The notes below the pieces were generated by a model that made no database searches, was not told the origin of the DNA, and was given only the letters and a program-made list of their open reading frames with translations. A stretch of 32,013 nucleotides of DNA from Octopus bimaculoides (taxonomy: Eukaryota), in assembly GCF_001194135.2 (NCBI RefSeq), contig NC_068989.1, positions 65,890,924 to 65,922,936 of the forward strand. Direction: 5' to 3'. Positions 23,620 through 32,013 of this stretch are shown piece by piece. Within the stretch, counting starts at the first letter, position 1. Each line of letters opens with the position of its first letter. Made by a program: the position numbers and the translations under genes.

Positions 23620-25352
23620 AGTGAACAAACGAACCATCAGAGTTCTTTGTCATTTCACCTGTGATCAAGGAGTGGATATTAATTGATTACATGAACAAGA
23701 AAAAGATGTAATGCTGGACATATGAAGTAGATGCAAACTATGCTGCGGGCCCGGATGGATTCCCAGCAATCTTTCACAAATCATGCAATGGAGCTCTTGC
23801 AAACTGCTGCTACTTCTTTTTCAGAACTTCCTTGTAAGTGGTAAGCTCCCAGACAAATTGAAGGAAGGATTAATAGGCCTTATTCATAAAGAAGGAATCA
23901 GAGCAGATGATAGGAATTATAGGCCAATCTTTCTAACTACATATGTCAGCAAAGTCAGGGAAGGAATATTCTTCAGAAAATTAATTGCATTCTTTGAAGA
24001 GGATGATTGCGGCCGAACACTCAGAATGGCTTTTCGACCGAGAAGACACTACGTCTGCATGATTAAAACAACTACACAACAACTTATATGTTGGCATGAT
24101 GTATCTCGACGTTGCAAAAGTCTTTGATAAAGTCGACCATGGTATGAAATCTCACAAGCTGTGATTTCAGCATAGTTTGAAAACTTGGAGATTGGCTACA
24201 GAACTTTCTAAGAGATAGAAGTGAAGCAGTAGTGGCCAATGGAGCCACCTAAAAAGGACACACAAATAGTGTCTGATATTCCACGGGGCATTGTCTTAGA
24301 GATGCTGCTATTCATAATGACCGTCTCAGACATGTCCTTAGCTGCTCAGATAGTCACCCTAGCTAATTATGCAGATGATGCAAAAGTCTCTCAAATGATG
24401 CAGAACCCTCGAAATGTTGTGCCCCTGCAACAAGCGTTGGACGCAATATACAGGTGGGCTAAGGACAATAACATGCATTTTAATCCTTGAAAATTGCAAG
24501 ATCTGCTCTACTTGTACACAAAGCTGAATGACATGGAGACAGGATACACTGCACCTAGAGGGATTGCAATCCCTGAATCAGAATCAGCGCGCAACTTTTC
24601 ATTGACGTGAGTAATGATGCATCTTCCTGGAGCATATTACTAAGCTGGCAATACAACGTAGACGGCTGACCGGATGAATCCATAGAACTTTCAGAACGTG
24701 AGAACAGTAAGACATGATGGTCCATGGAGGACATATGTTCTTAGCCGCATAGACTACTGCTCCCAAATATGGGCACCACACAGTATATGATTAAGAGCGG
24801 AACTCGAAATAGTGCAGCAAAACAACACCAAGAAGATCGTATCAATGCAACATGCAAGCTACTGGGAGAGGCTAAAGAAAATAAGCCTCTACTCTCTAGA
24901 ACGAAGGTGAGAGAGACATGCAGTGATGTACATCTGGAAAATCGCCGAAGAACTTGTAGCATTCTTTGGCATTGAAAGTCACACAAAGAGCAGAATGGAG
25001 TACCACTGCATAGCACCAAAGATCCAAATATCGCCTTCAAGATACATGAACAGATATTGCAACAGCTTGTGTTTCAAGAGCCAACAACTCTTCAATATAC
25101 TCCTAAAATGCCTGAGGAACTTGTAGAGTGTGGATGAAGATGTCCCCAAAGGCAGATTCGAAATCTTCATATCAAGGATTCCGGATGAGCCTATCTCATG
25201 GCAAGAAATGCAGATGAAGGCAGCAACATCAAATTCACTCATTCTCCAAAAGCTATATATACGAGGCGAATTCAAGTAGTGAAGGTGAAGAAAAACTAAC
25301 AGCGGTGCCCCAGCATGACCGCAGTTCTCCAGCTGAAAGAAGTAGAATAGAT
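23620..25352 (+). mobile_element. 5'-truncated, decayed CR1/L2-group LINE (RT domain, C-terminus, 3' tail)
   Basis: Ordered motifs across frameshifts and stops: AAGPDGFPAI, NYRPIFLT, MYLDVAKVFDKVDHG, DIPRGIVL..LLF, NYADDAK (YADD at 24368-24379), LQQALDAIYRWAKDNNMHFN, DYCSQIWAP, YWERLK...LYSLERR*ERH, IPDEP. Tail GCGGTGCCCCAGCATGACCGCAG near 25302. Confidence 0.93.
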
Positions 25353-26123
25353 NNNNNNNNNNNNNNNNNNNNNNNNNNNNNNNNNNNNNNNNNNNNNNNN
25401 NNNNNNNNNNNNNNNNNNNNNNNNNNNNNNNNNNNNNNNNNNNNNNNNNNNNNNNNNNNNNNNNNNNNNNNNNNNNNNNNNNNNNNNNNNNNNNNNNNNN
25501 NNNNNNNNNNNNNNNNNNNNNNNNNNNNNNNNNNNNNNNNNNNNNNNNNNNNNNNNNNNNNNNNNNNNNNNNNNNNNNNNNNNNNNNNNNNNNNNNNNNN
25601 NNNNNNNNNNNNNNNNNNNNNNNNNNNNNNNNNNNNNNNNNNNNNNNNNNNNNNNNNNNNNNNNNNNNNNNNNNNNNNNNNNNNNNNNNNNNNNNNNNNN
25701 NNNNNNNNNNNNNNNNNNNNNNNNNNNNNNNNNNNNNNNNNNNNNNNNNNNNNNNNNNNNNNNNNNNNNNNNNNNNNNNNNNNNNNNNNNNNNNNNNNNN
25801 NNNNNNNNNNNNNNNNNNNNNNNNNNNNNNNNNNNNNNNNNNNNNNNNNNNNNNNNNNNNNNNNNNNNNNNNNNNNNNNNNNNNNNNNNNNNNNNNNNNN
25901 NNNNNNNNNNNNNNNNNNNNNNNNNNNNNNNNNNNNNNNNNNNNNNNNNNNNNNNNNNNNNNNNNNNNNNNNNNNNNNNNNNNNNNNNNNNNNNNNNNNN
26001 NNNNNNNNNNNNNNNNNNNNNNNNNNNNNNNNNNNNNNNNNNNNNNNNNNNNNNNNNNNNNNNNNNNNNNNNNNNNNNNNNNNNNNNNNNNNNNNNNNNN
26101 NNNNNNNNNNNNNNNNNNNNNNN

Positions 26124-26176
<53 letters not shown>

Positions 26177-27067
26177 TGTGTTTGTAAGTATCTATATATA
26201 TAATGGATATAATAAAAACTAATGAAATTGTTATTGATCATGCCTTTAACCGAAAAGAAAAAAACGTATACTTCGAAATATCCTTTGGAATCGCTATGTG
26301 TATTATAAAAGAAATAACAAATATGAAGAAATATGAAAAGAAGCAACTCAAATGGTGTGAAATCAATGTTTAATTAATTGAATATTCATATATTCCTCGT
26401 AGTATTACATCGCTCTATTTTGCAATGCGCTACTCTGGAATATATTATTAAATTAAAGTCATTAAAAAATATAATCTAATGAACATTATAGAAATTACTA
26501 ATTATTTTTCTCTTTATTTTCAAACAGTGAAGGCGAAAACTTCTTCTCCGTCTTTATCACTTTGTTTATGGTATACATAAATATGGCATATATATACACG
26601 AGTGAATAGACAACCGAAAGAAAATGGCACTCACTTAACACACATGGTAGATATACATACATACATACATACATACGTACAGATATATANNNNNNNNNNN
26701 NNNNNNNNNNNNNNNNNNNNNNNNNNNNNNNNNNNNNNNNNNNNNNNNNNNNNNNNNNNNNNNNNNNNNNNNNNNNNNNNNNNNNNNNNNNNNNNNNNNN
26801 NNNNNNNNNNNNNNNNNNNNNNNNNNNNNNNNNNNNNNNNNNNNNNNNNNNNNNNNNNNNNNNNNNNNNNNNNNNNNNNNNNNNNNNNNNNNNNNNNNNN
26901 NNNNNNNNNNNNNNNNNNNNNNNNNNNNNNNNNNNNNNNNNNNNNNNNNNNNNNNNNNNNNNNNNNNNNNNNNNNNNNNNNNNNNNNNNNNNNNNNNNNN
27001 NNNNNNNNNNNNNNNNNNNNNNNNNNNNNNNNNNNNNNNNNNNNNNNNNNNTATATATATATATATA

Positions 27068-27129
27068 TATATATCGCCGATTTCGTGATCATTATAGTAA
27101 TATATAATCTTCACTCGTCAGCATAGTAT
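27068..27129 (-). ncRNA. Type I hammerhead ribozyme motif with intact catalytic core
   Basis: Minus strand: TATG-CTGACGA-GTGA(AG ATTATA TATTAC TATAAT GA)TCAC-GAAA-TC(GGC)GA-T-A-TATA. G10.1-C11.1 pair, extended stem II, short stem III, AUA cleavage triplet (cut between 27072 and 27071), 4-bp stem I. Confidence 0.65.
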
Positions 27130-27385
27130 AGTCAAGACACATAGAAATAAACAAAAAATCAACATACCAAACGAACACCTCATGTATTCTGGACAGCACA
27201 AAGAAGATTTGTTGTCCCTCCTTTTATTGTATTAATTAAATATATAACCGGAATATATTCAGTGCTGAATTTTATTCCGATTAAAAACACATGGTGCCGA
27301 AGTGCAGCTCGAAAAGCCCGCCTTTTTCAAACATATATAGGGAGACGCACACAGAGAGACGCACACAGACATAGACAGACACATG

Positions 27386-27423
<38 letters not shown>

Positions 27424-28050
27424 GGAACAGTGGCACTTGAGAAGAAACATTGAAATCAAAAGCTAAGACTATCTATATAATTGCAAAGCATAACTTAAAC
27501 ATACTAACAAGAACAATGTATGACATCCGCCTTGAAGAACAGAGAAGTAATAGAATTGAAGGTGCCTCCAACATCATGTGAAGCGCTATATGTTACAAGA
27601 ATAAAGAAAATACAGTCTTCGAGTAAGTACATTTTATGCAGAGTATGAAAGACACTCTAAGAACTGCTTTAATATTTCATTTAATCTGTCGTACATAAGA
27701 GGTTGGGAAACAAATTTGACTACTAAGGTTAGATCTGAGAATCTGAAATTAACCGAAAAGTTATTTCGGCAAAATTTCATTTTATAACATAGAGAAGACA
27801 AAATTGTTGTTGGTTGGAGTTGTGATCAGAGGAATATGGATATTCTGTCAGCATTTCTTTGTGTTTGAAATATCTTTCTAAACTGAAATAAGAGGAACAA
27901 TATCAATTTGAATATACATGATTTAACATTCTACTCTTAATTAAAAATCTATTCTAGGACGGGAAATTGGCGAAACGTTTAGAGCGTCGCTCCAAATATT
28001 TTGTGATATCTAGTTACCATTCATATGCCATGTTCAAATCTACATGTTCA

Positions 28051-28120
28051 TATACAATATACATCACTATGAATACACGATTTCAGCATGACGTGTATTC
28101 ATAGTGATGGATATTGTATA
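28051..28120. repeat. 70-nt hairpin (29-bp stem, one mismatch, 12-nt loop)
   Basis: 28051-28079 is the reverse complement of 28092-28120 at 28/29 positions. Confidence 0.93.
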
Positions 28121-28215
28121 AAGTGATTGACGATTTAAAGTCTATTCTCAGCATATTGGCATAGAAATCTTTTTTTCTGTTGCCCTTATTTATAATTGGT
28201 TTGCCCTTATTTATG

Positions 28216-28272
<57 letters not shown>

Positions 28273-28629
28273 CAACACACACGGACGATAGTAATAAATA
28301 CAAGAACCTACTCCAATAGATAACTTACATTTGGTTATCGATAACGTAACAATGAATGAAAGATGGCGAATAGAACAAAGAGAGCTGTGACGTGTCAATA
28401 TCTTGCAGATGAATCGGGTCGGTCCTTAGTGGTGAAACGAAGTTCACGGGCTAAAGGATGGTAATAATTTCAGGCTCTCATAGACTGTCATACACAACTG
28501 CCTGATGCAGAAGAAAAAGAAGGTCAAATGCGATGAGATTTATCTCTGCGAAACACGTCAAAGGAAAGAGCTAATTGCAAGATGGACAGATGGCAGTGTC
28601 GTGAGACAGGGAAAAGGAGAAGGTATCGT

Positions 28630-28991
28630 AGGAGCAGACTCTTCAGACTCCTTATAGGGTGGTATCAAAGAGCAGATTCTTCATAGGGTAGTATTAAAAA
28701 CAACCACTATTACATTTCCTGGCTGGATTCCCAAACCTGACTTCTTGAAACATTGGGTAGTATGCAACCATTTTGTTCTTGGTCTACTTCTCCGTCACTG
28801 TCGGTTGGTGCAGCTTAAGAATTCCGCCTTGCGATTTTGTCCTAGGACATTCTAATCATATAGGCCTTGCACCGAAGCTGTAGCCTCGCAATGCGGAGAG
28901 ATAGCGGCTCGACACGGAGAGGCACTCTGATCCTCGAGCAATGAAGCGTCTCGAATGACGTTACTCCAGAGATCCTTCGCGGGAACTTTTT
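28630..28991 (-). mobile_element. RTE-clade (Rex3/Expander-like) LINE 3' coding fragment
   Basis: Minus strand reads KFPRRISGVTSFETLHCSRIRVPLRVEPLSLRIARLQLRCKAYMIRMS*, then after frameshifts RPRTKWLHTTQCFKKSGLGIQPGNV. This matches FLRR.AG....RVRSS.IR..L.VEPLLL.IERSQLRW.GH.IRM...RPRTRW...LGI.P. Confidence 0.8.
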
Positions 28992-29440
28992 CTTATTTTA
29001 TGATTTAGAACGACAAATCTCTGTTAGAGTAAATACCCCAGTTTCATTTAAAGCTCAATGGGACACCAAAATTTAGATATTGACCATAAGTAGTTCGCTG
29101 CTTTCAGGATCATTACGATATTATTGCTCCGAAATAAGAGTACAGTACCCTCAGAATACTTCTTGCATGGAACCTTTTCTCATTAATTCATTTCAGTATG
29201 TGACTCATTTTCAAAGAATATTGAAGAGGCAGTGTGAATAAAGTGTCATTAGCATAAATTTGGTATCATTCAATTTATAAAATACATTATTCCTGAAAAT
29301 ACACGATGGCAAACATAAAGAAAACAAAAAGTAAAGAAATCGATATAGATCAATATCAGCATGAAATATTCTGACACATTTTTAGAATCAATTATTGAAA
29401 TAAATTAAAAATATTCTGGGGATTATTTTACGTAGTTTAT

Positions 29441-29597
29441 TAAACGCACGCACACGCATACAGACACGCACACGCACATACACATACAAACACACACACA
29501 CACGCACACAATCTACATGCATATACACCCCACACCATGTACATATATGTACATACTTCTTCAGATATATCTATATATGATTGTATGTATGTATATA

Positions 29598-29641
<44 letters not shown>

Positions 29642-29705
29642 TTTATGTATGTATTTACGTATGTATGTGTGTATGCATCTGTGTATGTATGCATGCATGC
29701 ATACC
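29441..29705. repeat. Compound CA/TA/TATG microsatellite
   Basis: Directly visible. Confidence 0.9.
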
Positions 29706-30660
29706 TGCATGTTAAAAATATTAAATTCGAGCTACAATTAGTATCATGCTATCCCAAGCAAAATTCAAACTCAATTATATATTACTTTGCTGATCGTCTA
29801 TGAAAAAACAAAAGGAGTGGATACGAGGAAGATAAAAGCAAGAAGTGGAATAAGTTAAAAGAACAAAGATAAAAGGCTCAAGAAAGAAAATGAAGAGTTA
29901 CGTTCCCATGTCCATTCGAACAGGAATTAATAGTGTTGTATTGGAAGCAGAATTAAGATGGTTGGTGTAAATCATTTCAATGGAGAGATGTTCGTATTTT
30001 GTGAGACTGCATGCCTAATCCGGAGTCCTGTGACCCCCATCGTAGTTTTTAAAAATCTTATAGCCAATATCATCAACAGAATATATAGTCACTTCTATAA
30101 AGAAATATTCGATAAGGTAGCCTTGTAATAAAATAATGTCTTGGCTAACAATGACTCTGACGAAAATAAGTCCCATAAGTCTATAAGTAGAAATTAGACC
30201 CAGGAAGATAATATTGTTCGCCCCCAAATACATTTTCTTTTTAAATGTTAAGACTAATGTAATAAGAAAATTCTTAGCATTAATAGTTAGGCATTTCCCA
30301 GTTAACTATAATACAGGAAGAATTTTAATAGACATTCAATGAAAGATTCATCAACTAAGAGGATGTGGAATATTCAGTAAGAGAGTTCATTGCCTTTAAA
30401 GAACAAGAACTATTATCAGCATGAGATCAAAGAATTGGCAGAAAGGTGGCTTTAGATGGCGCAACACGATGGCGTCTGCTGTTAATACTTGGCCGCTTTT
30501 GATGTAACTTGAAGAATAAAGCAAATAAGTTGACAAAATATTGCAAAACCTTTGATTCAACGCAATATATATCTCTCTAGGCACACACACTCATATGTAT
30601 ATGTTATGTGTGTGTACATATTTACATATGTATACACATACACACACATACACACACACG

Positions 30661-30699
<39 letters not shown>

Positions 30700-31351
30700 A
30701 TATATATATATATANNNNNNNNNNNNNNNNNNNNNNNNNNNNNNNNNNNNNNNNNNNNNNNNNNNNNNNNNNNNNNNNNNNNNNNNNNNNNNNNNNNNNN
30801 NNNNNNNNNNNNNNNNNNNNNNNNNNNNNNNNNNNNNNNNNNNNNNNNNNNNNNNNNNNNNNNNNNNNNNNNNNNNNNNNNNNNNNNNNNNNNNNNNNNN
30901 NNNNNNNNNNNNNNNNNNNNNNNNNNNNNNNNNNNNNNNNNNNNNNNNNNNNNNNNNNNNNNNNNNNNNNNNNNNNNNNNNNNNNNNNNNNNNNNNNNNN
31001 NNNNNNNNNNNNNNNNNNNNNNNNNNNNNNNNNNNNNNNNNNNNNNNNNNNNNNNNNNNNNNNNNNNNNNNNNNNNNNNNNNNNNNNNNNNNNNNNNNNN
31101 NNNNNNNNNNNNNNNNNNNNNNNNNNNNNNNNNNNNNNNNNNNNNNNNNNNNNNNNNNNNNNNNNNNNNNNNNNNNNNNNNNNNNNNNNNNNNNNNNNNN
31201 NNNNNNNNNNNNNNNNNNNNNNNNNNNNNNNNNNTGTATATATAATATAATATAGGATAAAATCTTTATAAGAATTTATCAAGTAGTCAGCGTGAAAAAA
31301 CCTCATAATGAAAAAAAACTCATCATTTTTTTTCCATAAATATATATAATT

Positions 31352-31381
31352 TATATAAGGGCATTAGTATATAGTTAATGC

Positions 31382-31390
<9 letters not shown>
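31352..31390. repeat. Perfect 15-bp inverted repeat with 9-nt loop, abutting (TA)n
   Basis: TATATAAGGGCATTA-GTATATAGT-TAATGCCCTTATATA. Confidence 0.85.
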
Positions 31391-31420
<30 letters not shown>

Positions 31421-31874
31421 TATACATATATGTATATACACACATATATTTGCACTACATACTGATCCATACTTGGATAGCTTGCATATAAAGAAATCTT
31501 GTATCTTTTCCAAGATTATGACAGCGAACATATTCATATTTAAAGCATGCTACCTTTCTATCTTGGTGTAGTTCACTCTTAAAAATAGCAACTGTTTGAT
31601 ATTATTGCCAATTGCCATCTACCTGTTATCAATGTCTTAGAGAATCTATTCGAAGTTGGGCAGACTCATTGGTCCACTACAATGAGATTGTCTGATTAAT
31701 CACTCACCCATTATTATTTCAGTGTTTCACTCTCTGTATCTCTTACTGTCTCTCTCTCCCAATTTCTCTCTTACTCCCTCACTTTCTATATATATATTTT
31801 CTAGTTTGTCTTTTTTCCATATATATCTACTCGTGTGTTCCTCTTCAACCTTTTACATACACACACGCACACAC

Positions 31875-31946
<72 letters not shown>

Positions 31947-32013
31947 TAATATATACTTTTGTTATTTACACCACCTGTCCTCGTCTGTTGTTATTTTTTG
32001 TATATTCTCCTAT

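Noticed and set aside
27249-27279. 13-bp interrupted hairpin CGGAATA-T-ATTCAG/CTGAAT-TT-TATTCCG
   Set aside because: Short and AT-rich, with no other supporting feature.
30015-30233. 72-aa hydrophobic minus ORF
   Set aside because: No motif or splice support; consistent with chance.

Overview
AT-rich, microsatellite-saturated animal genomic DNA. The SINE families and repeat landscape look like an octopod cephalopod (Octopus-like); this rests on recalled repeat sequences, not a database search. There are ten N-gaps (about 4300-4731, 7730-7998, 10985-11670, 13250-13758, 18491-18500, 22264-22273, 23487-23525, 25353-26123, 26690-27051, 30715-31234), nearly all flanked by microsatellites. I recognise no host protein-coding gene, and most supplied ORFs are microsatellite or N-run artefacts. 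The window is intronic or intergenic DNA packed with retroelement relics. These include tRNA-headed SINEs of at least three families, R4/Dong-like LINE pieces beside (AAT)n tracts and two copies of an (AAT)n-tailed non-autonomous element. There is also a Penelope-like fragment, a 5'-truncated CR1/L2-group LINE and an RTE (Rex3/Expander-like) 3' fragment. The most interesting signals are structural: two hammerhead-ribozyme-like motifs (27068-27129 minus with an intact core; 15151-15198 plus), a 78-bp inverted templated insertion inside an R4 relic, a 70-nt pre-miRNA-sized hairpin (28051-28120) and a SINE/LINE pair sharing a 3' tail.
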